Under the pieces are notes generated by a model. The model had not been told where the DNA came from and ran no database searches. It saw nothing but the letters and a program-made list of their open reading frames with translations. A DNA stretch of 64,000 bases from Eledone cirrhosa (taxonomy: Eukaryota): NCBI GenBank assembly GCA_964016885.1, contig OZ024743.1:144274001-144338000 (forward strand). Direction: 5' to 3'. Positions within the stretch are counted from its first letter, which is position 1. Every line of letters starts with the position of its first letter. Shown here piece by piece: positions 39,192 through 52,907 of this stretch. The position numbers and the translations under genes were made by a program.

Positions 39192-40060
39192 TCTTCATCC
39201 ACTTATTCTTGAGAGGGTCCTGGGGACAGAGTCCTCAAACACTCCTTCTAGCAGGTCATGTCAGAAGCAATCGTCTCCAACTGATCCGGCTGGATCCCCA
39301 AGCCTGACCAGCCAAGCTCATAGATGTTATCCAACCATCTTGCTCAGGGTCTACCCCTGGGTCTCCTAACTGTTGGTTTCGCCCGTAATATCTGTCCAGC
39401 GTTTCCTGAGACATTCTAACCACATGCCCATGATATCAGAGCTGATCTCTCAATTCGGAGAAGTAGCAGCTCTATCTAGAGTGACTCTCTCATCTCCGAG
39501 CTTCACACTTTATCGAGTAATGTTACTCCAAAGACTCTTCGAATGGACCCTATTTCAGCTGCTTTTATTCACAGTCGTATTCTTTCAGTCATTACCCAGT
39601 TTCATGACCATAGGTAAGGGTTGGCACGAAAACCGAACTGAAGATAACGAGTTTGGCTTTTATGCCTACCTCCCTTCTGATTACTGAAGCTGGAACATTA
39701 CTGCACCAGCTTTTGCAATTCTTGCACTTAATTCAGCCTCCTGTCTCCATCAGTCGTGAACACGGCCCCAAGGTACTTTAACTTCTTTCTCTACCTGCTT
39801 CAGTGGAACTCCATTCACATGTAGTGTGCACTGCGTAGGCTTCCTTAAGAGGACGAGTGTCTCAGTTTTTGCAGCACTGATTTTGATTCCAACCATGCAG
39901 CACTCGGCATCAAACCTATCAAGTGCAAGTCGAAGATCATCTTCTGTCGAGTTGAGTAACACCATATCATCTGCAAATTCCAGCCGACTGATTTTACACC
40001 CATCGGTCGTGATACCACTTCCAACCTGAATGCACATGTCAATCTTGTTCATGTAAATAA
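39192..40060 (-). mobile_element. RTE-type LINE 3' fragment (third family)
   Basis: LEFADDMVLL, GIKISAAKTE and KYLGAVF motifs, downstream LTYGHE..W and RPRGRP-like region. Confidence 0.85.
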
Positions 40061-40819
40061 TGTAAGTTTACAGTCCTTATAACTCTTTTGTAACCATATT
40101 CCTAATGAAATACACAGTATTTCAATTGATTAATGAAGAAATTTGGAGGAATTTACTAAAATTATTAATTCATTATTAAGATGGTATTTGTGCTGGAAAA
40201 TTTTAATATCAGATAGTTGGATAACATCCATGAGCTCAAGTAATCTCGCTTGAGTATTTAAGAACTCTGCTCTCACAACCCTCCCAGGAATAATTTGTGT
40301 GTGCCTATTTAAAACATAAGCCTGCTTCTCAAATTTTTACAGCTTTAACATTCATGGCTTAGTGGTTAGAGAATTGGATTTGCAATCATGAGGTTATGAG
40401 TTTGATTCCCAGACCGAGTGATGTGTATGCCCTTGAGCAAGACACTATTTATTTCACGTTGCTCTTTCTGCTAGATGCGACTGGTAGTTAGATCAGCAAT
40501 TGGAAAGACCAATGGAAATATCGTTTCCTTGGTCTGATTTGATGAGTTCCACCCAACTTTGCAAGCAAATATTAAAAATTTTATCATAATTATATTAAAA
40601 CACTTTTTATTAAGTAATGTTCTAAATATCAGCTTACTAACGAGAAACTTTGATATTTTATTAAGTTTCTCCAAACTTTTGGTAACTTTCAAAATTAACT
40701 GAAACACATAGGCAGTGTATTTCATTAGAAATATGATAATGAAAGGGTTACCTATGGCAATATTTGAACTCAGAATACAAAGATCCAAAATAAATACAAG
40801 ACATTTTGTTTGATACTCT

Positions 40820-41350
40820 AATGCTGCAAGAATTGCAGGAGCTGGTTCAATAATGCACCAACTTCAGCATTCGGTAATCAAAAGAAGGGAGGTAGCTGTA
40901 AAAGCCAAATCGCTATCTTCAATTCGGTATTCGCGAATACAAGCAGCCGAAATGGGGTTCCTCTGATGGGTCTTTGGAGTAATGTTACTCGATAGAGTGC
41001 ATAGTTCGGAGATCAGAGTCACTCCAGGTAGAGTCGCTACTTCTTTGAATTGAGGGATCACAGCTCTGGTACTATGGGCATGTGGTTAGGATGTTGCAGG
41101 AAAGAATCACTGAACAGATTTTATGGACAAAACCAACTGGCAGGAGACCCAGGAGTAGACCCTGAGCATGATGGTTGGATAACATCCATGAGCTTGGCTG
41201 GTCTCACTTGTGGATCCAGCCAGAGCAGGTGGAAACGGTTGCTTATGACAGGACCTGCTGGAAGGAGTGTTTGAGGACTCTTGCCCCACGACCTTCTCGA
41301 GGAGGAGGAGGAGGAGGAGGAGGAGAAGAAGACGACGATGATGACAACAA
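40820..41350 (+). mobile_element. RTE-type LINE 3' fragment, same family as 39192-40060, opposite strand
   Basis: WYYGHVVRM, GRRPRSRP and WLDNIHELGW..DRTCWKECL motifs. Confidence 0.8.
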
Positions 41351-41437
41351 CTCTAATGCTTCAATCAATTTGCCACGGCTAATTAATTCTATAAATATTC
41401 ATTTGAAATCTAAATAAAAAAAATGTTAGTAACATAC

Positions 41438-41488
41438 CTCTTTAGTTCCTCCTTGACATACATAGGTAAATTTACATTGGAAGCCTTT
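41438..41488 (-). CDS. MYDGF: MYDGF homolog, exon 2: KGFQCKFTYVCQGGTKE
   Basis: tttccag acceptor and GAG|gtatgt donor. Matches human YTCMFTYASQGGTNE. Confidence 0.95.
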
Positions 41489-42264
41489 CTGGAAATAAAT
41501 AAAAAATATTATAAAATCATATATTCATAGAAATTGAACCAATTTTAAAGCGAAGTGTTACTGTATGACAATTGCAGTTATAACTGTCATATAAAATTAC
41601 TATATGAAACCATAAAAGCATCTCTGTGATTATTCGACATACTAGAAATAGCAGCCAAATTTCACTGAAATCACACTAACTGTTAGAAAAAGAGGAAGGA
41701 CACATTGGATAATGTGGTCCAGGGTAAACTCTACTTAGAAAAAAAAAAAAAATGAAATGCCTTTGAGCATATGTTTGCTCAATCAGGACAGACCTGGGGC
41801 TAAACAACAAAAACTGTATGTAGCAATGTGGTTTATTAGTGAAGTATTGCAATAGTGTAAAACACTAAGTATGATATCATCAAAATATGAAGGAGAAAAT
41901 AAACAAATAGAATGTTTTTTTGTCTTTACTTTTATATTTTATCAGTATCTGTCTACATTTACATTGTTGTTTCTATATCTGCTTTTCCATGCTGGCATGG
42001 GGTTAGCAAGATATTTTTGAGGTAGTACTCTATGGCCAGAGGCTCTTCCTGATTCCAACCCTTACTTGTTTTTAACTCACCATCCTAAAACCACATAAGC
42101 AAGACATTCTTAGAAAGTACAAAACAGCACTATGACTGCATAACATTCAAAATTAAAGTCTTTAATTTATTGCAAATTCATGTAACAATCTGTCTAATAG
42201 TAGAGATAATATAAACATTTGAATTAACAAAGCCATTTTTAGATATTTTCTGCTAAATCCCTAC

Positions 42265-42446
42265 ATAATTGTTTCTACTTTTGGCACAAGGCCAGCAATT
42301 TCCCAGTGTATTACTGGTACTTTATTTTATCGACCCCGTAAGGATGAAAGGCAAAGTTAACCTCGGCGGGATTTGAACTCAGAATGGCAAGGGCCGTAAC
42401 TCTATGCGTCAAAGCATGGCGTCCGACCCTCTACCGATACTGCCAA
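42265..42446 (-). mobile_element. tRNA-derived SINE (major family)
   Basis: Consensus match, TSD aatccctacataat. Confidence 0.9.
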
Positions 42447-42954
42447 TCCCTACATAATGTTAAGAGACAAGCAAGATACTGATCTTCAAACATCAATCTT
42501 CCAAGCATTTTTGGACATAAACAAACATTGCCATCTACCAAAGTGGCGTCAGGTCAAGTTGAAGATACACACAAACATAACCATTTCAGCACAGTATCCA
42601 TCTACCAATTTCACTCACAAAAGCATTGGTCAATCCAATGCTATTGTAGAAGAAACTTGTTCAAAGTGTCACACAGTGGGATCAAATATGAAACTACATG
42701 GTTGCAATGTGACCTTCATAACCACAGTCATGATTGCACCTTATATATTAATATAGTAAATTAAATATATGTGGGAGGGAAGAGTTTAGTAAATCAATTC
42801 TGGTATTTATTTCATTAACTATGAAAAGGGTGAAAGGGGAAGTTGGCTGTAGCAGAATTGAAACTTCTGGTCTCAGTCAGATTGAAACTTCTGGTCTCAG
42901 TCAGATTGAAATTTGGATTTACTCCTTTAGCATTTACATTATTCTATATTCAAA

Positions 42955-43142
42955 GGGCGGTGGATTGGCAGTATCAGTAGAGGGTCGGACGCCATGCTTT
43001 CCAGCATAGTTACGTCCCTTTACGATCTGAGTTCAAATGCCGCCGAGGTTGACTTTGCCTTTCATCCTTACGGGGTCGATAAAATAAAGTACCAGTAATG
43101 CACTGGGTAATTGCTGGCCTTGTGCCTAAAGTAGAAACAATT
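42955..43142 (+). mobile_element. tRNA-derived SINE inserted in a piggyBac-type MITE
   Basis: Consensus match, TSD attatt(c/t)tatattca. Confidence 0.9.
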
Positions 43143-44784
43143 ATTTTATATTCACCATTATATTATCCTACATAATATTGAATCAATGACATTTTGATAT
43201 TGTTTATTTTGAGGACAATACATTAACATCAGCATGAGCAGCTGGTTACAACTGGTTTGAACAGAAAGAGGTAATAGAATTCTGGCCAGATATGACAGGT
43301 TTAAATGCTAAAGAGTTAAACTCATGGATATGGTGGGTAAAAGATTACTGCATTATGGCTTATTAATAGAGATGTATATGATATGTTTATGCTTTCATAT
43401 ACAATTTTATTACAGCATATTTTAATTGCATTAGCTTATCTTCACAAGATATTTTTTTAGTTACTTAGCACAAGCATATTGTAAGATATTAAAGCATATT
43501 TCAACTGTAGTAGCCTCTTCACAAGATAATTTGTCAGTCACTTAGCATAAACAAGGCTATTTTATTAATATCTAATATAGTGAGTTGTCTAAACTTGGTA
43601 CAATGTTTGCAATGGAAAATAACTTCATGAATCAAATTAGGAATTAGTGTAATGTGACCTTTAATTAGTAAGTGTTAGAGAGTTGCATTAATCCATTAGC
43701 ATTTAAACCAACCATATCTGGCCAGAATTCTTGCACTTCTTTCTCTTCAAACCAGCTGTAGTCAGCTACTCAAACCAATGTTAAGGTATTGTTCTCAAAA
43801 TAAATAACATCAAAATCTCGTAGCTTTGATGTTATGTGAGATAATGCCTTTACCATGAAAATGTAATAAATATAGAGTAATGTAAATGCTAAAGGATTAA
43901 ATGTTGGGTGTCATTTGTACTGGTTCTTTGCATTTAAATCCCACTGAGGTTCACTTTGCCTTTGACCCTTCTGGAGTCATTCAATGAAGTAGCAGTCCAG
44001 GGGCAGTGGACTCGTGAAGATGTGATGCTTTGCAGTATTTGTTTCTAATTTGTACATTCTGAGTTCAAATCCTGCCTCCTGTCACAAAAACAAAATGGTA
44101 ACATGATAGAGCTGGGCCTGTGTTTAAAACACCAAAGAAATCTCCCATGACAAGCAACATCATAGAAAGTTAGTTAAACCTACACAAGTGTGAGCTGTGA
44201 CAACAACAACTATGTAACTTTTTCAGATGAGACTGAAGCAGCTGTTGTTCAATGTGAATACATATAGGTCAATGTCTGCAGGTGAAACATATGTAGAAAA
44301 GTAATGCCAGAGCATTACAGAAGGAAGGAGAGTCAGGTGGGCCCGATTGGAGAGGGTACCCAGCTAGGTAGTTCAGAGGAGTAGAGCCGGTTTTAGTAAC
44401 AGTAGAAGAGGCAGAGAGAAGAAACGGTGCATTTGGAACCTTTCATTTACCCCTTTTCTTACTAACCCTGGGTTCAATGATACAAAGCTGCTTGTTTTAA
44501 AGTAATCATACACCTTCCATCGTAATTTTTTCTAAGAAACATCACCTTAATAATAAGAAAATCAACTATATTTTTACATTTCTCTGAACATTTGATTATT
44601 TTCAAAATTAATTGAAACAGATTGGCAGTGTTTTCATTAGAAATATGGTAACAAAAGGGTTAACAGTTCCCGATTCAAATCCAGTTTGGTCATCATCTTT
44701 CAACTGCAATAGCAGATGGCTACAATTCTTTCCCATCCATTAAAGCTTTCATAATCAGTTGTGGTCATGTGGTTTGGTGACCAA

Positions 44785-44990
44785 GTACGGTGGCCTGTTG
44801 CTATCTAGTGTCATCAAAGTTGACATTGCATATCTCCTCAGCAACCAGTCGGATCCAGGCGTCGAGATCCATGAGGTGAGATGCGTAGCTGTAGCAAGGG
44901 GTACCGGGGTGATGGGGGTATAGCTGCTTCGGCATGGCGAAGCAGTTCCTTAATAAAAAGAGGGCCGGATGTGCATCGATCAGGTCCTAT
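44785..44990 (-). mobile_element. CRE-clade LINE fragment (post-RT region)
   Basis: IDAHPALFLLRNCFAMPKQLY..PCY..LDAWIRLVAEEICNVNFDDTR*QQAT. Confidence 0.6.
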
Positions 44991-45649
44991 TAAAGTGAAA
45001 GTGAACTTTTAAAATGCAGCTTCTAAAGCTAAAACATAAACAAAGAAACATAATTGGCTTTCGATTTACGCAGAAAGAACGAAATATGCTTATATGGGGT
45101 TCCAAAATATATTTATTTTGTGTATATACGCCGATACAATACGGATACATTGACTTAGTATTTGTGTATAAATGTTGCCACCGAACGAACTGTGAATACA
45201 CTTTCCATTGCATTTAACAGTTTGCGTTTTTGTTTTTGCCCTATTTTAACTACAATTTTCACTATTACTTTATGTATTCTATTATATTTAACAACGTTTA
45301 TTTTTATATTTTAAGTACAATTTTCGCACAAAAACTAATTTCGTTTCGTCGTTTGTATTTATGTTTCGATTTACCGTCCAGAAATATCAATTTTCACATT
45401 AACAGAATTAAAAAAAGGGACTGTAAACAAACACATTTGTATTGTTTTAAAAATTCCATTATATGAATCAATTTATCAAAAAAGTTAATAAACTCGGTGG
45501 ATTTCTTTTACACCACAATACTGTTGAAATTGTCCTTCGATAAACACATCAATATTGCGAATTCAATTCATATTCATTAATCCCAACAAAGATATCAAAA
45601 TATATCGCTAAGGATCTACAGTTGGGTCAAGTTGACTTAAAGAAAATAG

Positions 45650-45780
45650 TTGCTATCGAAACGAAGTTGGCCACACGCAGAAGTGTGTCCCGCGAGTGGG
45701 AATGACTCTTTCGGCCTATCTCCCTCTCTATCTTCCGAAGTAACGCTTTCCCTATTTTGGCACATGCCTGGGGTTCTGTA
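45650..45780 (+). mobile_element. CRE-clade LINE C-terminal fragment
   Basis: AIETKLATRRSVSREWE*LFRPISLSIFRSNAFPIL, homologous to 19300-19495. Confidence 0.55.
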
Positions 45781-46603
45781 CATCGATGATGCAGAACGTC
45801 TGATTCATGTAGTTACCGTTGATCACTCACTACATAGACGAAACACTACTAAGCTAACGTGAGATTGCATATAAAATTAAAAGTTGAAGTGAGGTCATTC
45901 AAACATTACATTAATAGTTCGAGTCGTATGAGCACTGTCGCAACATACGTCGTGCCTTGGTCATTAAAACCTGGCGGAGACTATCCATCTCCAGTTAAAA
46001 ACTATAATAGCTTGACCGTTTCTTTGAACTACATTTAAAATTATGAGCTTTCCTAACTCTATCTTTGCATATTGTTCATGGATGTGTCCCAGTACGGCTA
46101 CAGTTAACTGGGTGGGAAAAGTAAGAGATGTCTACAACAATATAGATAAGCAAATAAAAAAAAACATATGTTGAAAATTATCGTAACATAATGTAATCAT
46201 TGTGTATGTAATATCTATCTAGATATCTACCTACCTCTCTATATACACACATGCATACAGACACACACACACAAATATAACTTATAAAGAAGCGAAGTAA
46301 TATAATACTTGAACTACATAATAACCAAATATAACCATGGGAGACATTTCAGGGGATTTCATCTTTCAGTTTTAAAGTTACAGACGAAATCGTAATAACT
46401 TCCATTAAAACTGAAGCAGTTTTGAAGTTGTTAATGTACGTTGTGTTATAAAGATAAAACAGCCGTTATCAAAACAGAGAGGGTACCACAAACCCAAACA
46501 AAACTTTTGTACACGACACGTGCTAATAGTTATAGTCACCGTTTGAAAAAAGTAAAATAAAGACTATCGATGTTAAATTATAGAAGTGTGTTTAGTTATT
46601 TAC

Positions 46604-46741
46604 CCATTCTTTCACGTAATCGTTCACTTGTCCTCCGGGTTTCACATCAAACTGGGTGCTTTCTTCGTCACTGAGGACGACACTAACAAAAGCAAGCAGA
46701 CAAACAACCGTCACCAACCACCGATGTAACTCTCGAACCAT
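46604..46741 (-). CDS. MYDGF: MYDGF homolog, exon 1: MVRELHRWLVTVVCLLAFVSVVLSDEESTQFDVKPGGQVNDYVKEW
   Basis: ATG, hydrophobic signal peptide, FDVKPGG (human FDVRPGG), TGG|gtaaat donor. The five exons splice in frame to 155 aa. Confidence 0.95.
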
Positions 46742-47456
46742 GTTAATTCTAATAATTTTATTATTTGTTCTTCAACTCCTACAGTTGCAGTGGTAAGAAT
46801 AGCAACAAAATTGTTTGATCAGATCGGCCAGGTTCCAACCCACAACTACACGGTGACAACTGTAAACCTGTAGACAGTTACTATAGAGAAACCCAACTGC
46901 CTTCAACCTATCATAGCTCTCCACGTGAGGCCGGTGTAATCTATTGAAACGAGGCTCTCACCCATGACATTTTCCCGGCTGAAATCATTGATAAAGCTTT
47001 ATTCGTGTCATAAAACTACGTTGAGGTATGAGGGGTCATTGTTTATAAATAAGTCTTGCCAGACGATCTAATATAGTAATTCAGCATGCCCCACGGAGGA
47101 ACATTTTAATATTTGTTTTTAGGGTAATGTTTCTAAATTTTACATTCTAGCATGTTTTTATGATAAGGTGAAATAGTATCAAATTTATTTAAAATGTGCG
47201 ATGTGAAGCAAAAATAAAGAGGAATCCTTGATAATGGATCTCGAAAGAAGAAAACGAAAATTGTCTGTATACATGTTAAGGATAGAATTCGGCTTAGCGT
47301 TCGCTGTGGTTAGGATTCCTTCGTAGGCTTATATATATGTATGTGTGAGAGGAGCAGGCGAAATAAATCCGGTGAATCGGACGATATATTTTCTTATTTT
47401 GAGTTCTATCGTCAGTGATACCCAAACAAAGATTAAGAACCGTTAATCTAATGTGT

Positions 47457-47637
47457 AATAATTGTTTCTATTTTTGGCACAAGGCCAGCAATCCCCTAGT
47501 GCATTACTGATGCTTTATTTTATCGACCCCGTAAGGATAAAGGCAAAGTTAACCTCGGCGGGATTTGAACTCAGAATGGCAAGGGCGTCAAAAAATGCGT
47601 CAAAGCATGGCGTCCGACCCTCTACCGATACTGCCAT
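47457..47637 (-). mobile_element. tRNA-derived SINE (major family)
   Basis: Consensus match. Confidence 0.88.
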
Positions 47638-47708
47638 TCTGATTAAGGCACAAGATCAACAATTTTGAGGGGAAGGGCGGGGGTCGATTAAATCGACCCA
47701 GTGTGTTA

Positions 47709-48250
47709 GGGGCGATGTCCATACTCAAATTGCCACGCAAAACGTCAAAATGACGTTTTCGGTGGGTGGGAGGGTTTTGAGAAAAGATTGTGATGTTTTG
47801 CGTATAATCATAAATTAAGAACTTTGATCACCTCCAACACGCGCCTGTCAACAACCAACGTATTCTGCCATTTTATTTAACCTTATGTGCCCCCTCCTCC
47901 TGAAATTTGTTTTGCCCCTCTTCCACCCCTGAAACTTGCTTTAAATTCCATAAAATTTGCTTTGCCCCCTATTTCTAAAAGTCATTTGAGATAAATTAAT
48001 TTATAAGCATTGTTCAACCTTATAGAGCTTTTTTTCACCATTGATAACATGTGTGTATGTGTGTGATAACATTTTATCGACAAAAGAAGACTGATTAACA
48101 TCCCTAATTTTTAACCCTAAGTCAATTGAGGGTTTTTATGAGTGTTTTTCATTTTTGTCACGCTTGACGTTTTCGGTGCTGGGTGAGTGGGTCACGTCCA
48201 AAACGTCATTTTGACGTTTTGCGTGGCGATTTGAGTATGGACGTCGCCCC
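47709..48250. mobile_element. PIF/Harbinger-type MITE inserted into a SINE
   Basis: About 50-bp TIRs ggggcga(t/c)gtccatactcaaat(t/c)gccacgcaaaacgtcaaaatgacgtttt and TTA TSD. The SINE sequence continues on both sides. Confidence 0.88.
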
Positions 48251-48332
48251 TTACTGGTTGTATATTTTATCGACCTGTAAGGATGAAAGGTAAAGTTAAC
48301 CTCGGCGAGATTTGAACGTAGAGGGTCGTAAT

Positions 48333-48374
<42 letters not shown>

Positions 48375-48435
48375 TACCACCACCACTACTACTGTTACTA
48401 CTACTACCACAATCACAACCACCACCACCACCACC

Positions 48436-48471
<36 letters not shown>

Positions 48472-48474
48472 TCG

Positions 48475-51000
48475 AATAATGGTTTCATTTATTGGCCACA
48501 AGGGCCGACATATAGGGGACAATACAATAGACGAGGACAGTGGGTTTTTACATAAAAATCGAGTAAAAAAAAAACAATAACAATAAACAAGAAAAATACA
48601 ACAATGAAAAATTCCCCAATAGGAGTTGATTCAGGTACCCCACCAATCCTGAACCACCCGACGCTTCGAGGGCACCCCTCTCCTCCTCAAATTCACCAGC
48701 CTACAGGCACATGATCAGAGTAGGCACACTCACGCGGCCCATTCTCGCCACATTCACCAAATGTACTGGGGGGGCAGCGCTTCTCTCTCCACCCACACCT
48801 CCCTTTCCAAGTGAAATTTGAAAAAGTTGTTGAGGGATTGGCCGAAGAGAAAAGTGTCTGTCTTCAGTCCTTTCAATCTGGTCCAACATATAACCTCTTA
48901 CGCTACTGCCACCAGGCAGAGGAAAATTGCCTGCCCTTCCTGGCCAAAAGAAGGCAGCGAGTTGATCTTCACTATGGACTCGGCCGATAGCCGGATCCGT
49001 TCTACACGCGACAACAGCTGTTCGACGTAACTCCACAAGTCAGCAATGTACGGACACTGGACGAGTGCGTGCAGAACGGTTTCGTCTCCCTGCGCACAAC
49101 TCGGGGAGGTCCGTCTGACAGCACTTCTGTGCCTGTAGAATTTATCTCGAACCGGCAGTGCCCCCCGGTAGCACTGCCAAGCGAGGGATTTTTGGAAGTT
49201 ATCCATGGTCCCCGGCTCAAAAGTCCTCCGAAACAGACTTGTCAGTTCGATTCGACGCCCAGAGCCTCTCCGAGTGCGTCGTTGCACTTTCCCAACTCTA
49301 ATCCTCTATAGAACTCGAGAGTGGAAGTTCCACTGACCGCATTGGCCGCATGGTAGAGGGCAGTGAGTGCCTGGCAACATAGCAGATGCCAATCACCCAG
49401 TCTCGGTCTATTCTTGACGCAGGACTGCAGCTCAGTCAATGAGACGAGCTGCTGAAAGGCCCGTCTGACAAACGGTGACTACACCTGTTCACTGTTTAGG
49501 CAGAATATCTGGAGATGCCGCATCCTCAGTGCATGTCTACGCACCATTAGCCACGGCATGCCCAGTCCTCCACGTAGAGGGTGTTGAAACCAAATGGACC
49601 GCCTCACTAACGGAACCTGTCCCTTTCACAAGAAGTTGAAGAGCAGCCGTTCCAAATTGACTAGGCGCGGACGTAGTCAAGGCACGACGGTCAGGCGGTA
49701 GTAGATGATGAACGCGATGTACACATTCGCCACTTCCGCCTGACCTTTCAGTGACAGCTTCCTCGCAACCCATTTCTGGGTGAGACTGGCTACCCTGCCC
49801 GTCACCTCATCCCAATTCATATCCGCGTGGTGGTCTGGTCCGAACCAAACTCCGAGCAACTTTACCGGTCTGTCCGTCCAGCGCCCAACGACGCTGTTGG
49901 ACGGCATGGACTTGCCTTTCCAGGTACCGAGCTGCAAGCCCACCAACTTTTCCGGGTTCAGTTTCGCTCCCATCAACCTTTCATATTCCTCCAATAAGGT
50001 GCCGACCACCTCGATTTCCGCGGTGTCCGACACCATCACGGTGATGTCGTCCGCATAAGCCGACACAGCCTTCCCGCGTCCCGGTTCAAGCGGGATGCCC
50101 TGCAACAGCTCCAGCTTCGGCAGTAAAGGCTCGAGAGTCAATACGTACAGAAGAGAGCAGAGAGGGCACCCTTGACGGATCGATCGGGAAGCCAACTCCA
50201 TTGAGGACAGTCTTCAGGTACCGATGGTCAACCCTATCGAAACCAGGTTTACACCCTAACCCTACCCTCTCTATGTATCGCACGAGGTGGAGGTTGTCGT
50301 ATATGGACCTGGTCGGGATTGCACAAGTTTGCGCCTCGCCAACCAAATCCTCGACAACAAGCACCAACTTCTTAACTAAAACCTTGGCCAAAATCTTAAA
50401 CTCTGTATTGAGCAGAGTTATGGGCCTGAAGTTATCTAATATGTCCCTCTTGTTCTCATCTTTCATTATCAGCATCACTACGCTCCGGCTCACAGAACTG
50501 GGAATACCACCATTCTGCTGCCAGTTGCAGCAGAACGCTTCGAGGAGATCGGAGAACAAAACTGGCATATTTACGTAAAGTTCTTAGGGCAGATCATCCA
50601 AACTGGATGACTTGCGCCTCGTGCAGCCGACAAGGGCATCCTGAATTTACAAATGGCCTCGTCTAACTTAGCTACCAGCTCTAACGCTACTTCTTTGCTA
50701 AACCCCATCGAAATTACTCTAATCTCTCTTTTAAGAGAAAAGCCCCCCCCCCCCCACCCCCACCCCGTCAACTTTTGCTTAACTAAATTGTTGACCCGGT
50801 CCCTGTAAGCTTTACGTGCCGGAAACGACATGTTCAGCTTCCAGTAACCAGGTCCTAACCTACGCGTCTTATCTAGGTCGACCATACAGATCACAAACTT
50901 GTGATTTGAATAGGCGACCATTTTAAAAAGTGGACTATTTCTATTTATTTTCTTAATGAAAATCCTGTCTATATATATACGATCTAGATCAAAGGTTCTC
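48475..51000 (-). mobile_element. L1/Tx1-clade LINE ORF2 remnant (APE end, RT, C-terminal zinc knuckle), internally deleted
   Basis: SNHKFV..GPGYWKLN, NFRPITLLNTEFKILAK, IRQGCPL, AYADD, KLLGVWFG and ETVLHALVQC motifs. AATAAA, then a (TAG)n tract. Confidence 0.9.
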
Positions 51001-51409
51001 AACGGGGGGCATATGCACCCCCGGGGGGCGTTTCGGAACTCCAGGGGGTCGTTTGGGAGCAAGGTCGCGTTAGGGGGGGCGTTTGGAGCTGGGGGAGGGG
51101 GGCTTAGGGAGCGCTGGAAGCTCTTAATTTTGGTAAGGCTCTTTATTTTGGTTCTAAAAAAAGAACGAAACTAACAAACAAAAAACCCTAAAAACCTAAA
51201 CGCCACCACCACCATCAAAACCAACATCATCAGATCGACCGCCACCATCAACAACAACCTAAACCAAAACAACCTCACATCCACCATAAGAACAATCTCA
51301 AATCCACCCAAACGATACAACTGCATGCACTCACAGCAATAAACACGAACAAAAGATACTTAACTACATACAGCACAACACCAGCGACGAAACCGTCCCT
51401 TCCGAGTAT

Positions 51410-51990
51410 CGCCTGTGGGGTTTATGTCGAACACCTGCTCTCACGTGTATGTCGGATCCTACAGTCAATCGTCAAAATATCCCCGCCACCCTTCCTTTGC
51501 CAGGAAGGACAGGCTGTTTCCGTCTATCTGGTGGCCATGGTGAAAGAGGTCGTATGGCAAACGCGTCTGAAGACGGGCACTTTCCTTTTCGGCGACTCCC
51601 TGATTAACTTCTTCAGGTTTCACTTGAAAAGAAAAATCAGGCTGGAGAAGGAAGTGCTGCTTTCAAAGCAAATTGTTGAAAGGTGGACGAAAGAGGCGAG
51701 AATGGCCCGAGTAAAAGAGCTTGCTCTGAGTGTGTGCCTGTAGATTGAGGGAGGACATCTGGGTGAGGGCTCACGCCCTGGCTATCAGGGTTACTGTGGA
51801 TTTTGTGGACTTTCTCCATGAGTAACCCTCGGAAGTATCCCCTCTTTTTTTTTTGTCACATCCTTTGTTTTTGTTTTATGCTCATTTTTACACGCAGACA
51901 CCCACATTGTACCATCCTGTGCCGTCCTTAATGTATGTTTTGTAAACCCTTTGTGACCAATAAAGAAAACGCTATTATTATCATTATTGT
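51410..51990 (+). mobile_element. 3' fragment of the same L1/Tx1 family, opposite orientation
   Basis: QEGQAVS..LVAMVKEVVW..FHLKRK..RW..ARMARV matches the end of the minus copy. AATAAA and an (ATT)n tail. Confidence 0.8.
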
Positions 51991-52874
51991 TTTGTTTGGT
52001 CTTATGTCTAAAGTAAACGGGTGCCTTAACTGTTTAACTTTAGTGCGGTGGATTGGCAGAGTTATAAGAGCATTGTATGAATAATTTGTGGCATTCGTTC
52101 TCAATCTTTATGTTTTGAGTTCAATTCCTGCTGAGGTCAACTTTATCTTTCATCCTTCCGAGGCCAATGAAGTAAAGTAGAAGCCGAGTACTGCGGTCAA
52201 TGTAATCAACTTTTTCCTTCCCCAATATTGCTGACCTTGTCCCAAAATTCGAAACAATTATTGCTATTTGGCTTGGAAGGGGGAGGCAGACAGGAGGGAA
52301 GATTGTAGATATCCTTACAACAGACACCTGGCCAACATTTTTGCAACTGAGTGCGCTTTGCAGATGTGTTAAACCAGGCAATGGATTAAGTATACCAGGT
52401 CAGAGTGGGGTTTGAACTCAGAATGCAAATCGCTGGGACAAATGGCAGAAAACACCACGCCCAACACTCTAACAATCCTGGTACTTTATTTTATCCATCC
52501 CTAAAGGATAAAAGGTAATGTCAACCACTTGAAGGGCGCAGAGAGCTGGAACAAATACCACGTCATTTAGTCCTACACGCTAACTACTCTACCAATTAGC
52601 CACTTTCATTTTAATATGATGCACTATGGTTGTGAAGTTATAAATACCCCAGTTTACTGTGCCATATAGTATCTACTTGGATTTTATTTTTCTTTTCAAG
52701 ATTTTTAGTCATTGTATCAGAGGTCTAGTTTTCATGTAATTCATTTTAGAATTTATTCTCCCAAGGTTTCCAAGAAATCATTGTTCTCCTAACTCCTTGA
52801 AATGTTGAATTATTTTGTTATTCTTTTGTATAACATAATCTGGAAGGTACTGACCCCCCCCCCCCCTCCCCCAG

Positions 52875-52900
<26 letters not shown>

Positions 52901-52907
<7 letters not shown>

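Noticed and set aside
48475-51990. Opposed L1/Tx1 pieces as a twin-priming inversion
   Set aside because: Both pieces contain the same 3' end with separate tails and are diverged, so they are independent insertions.
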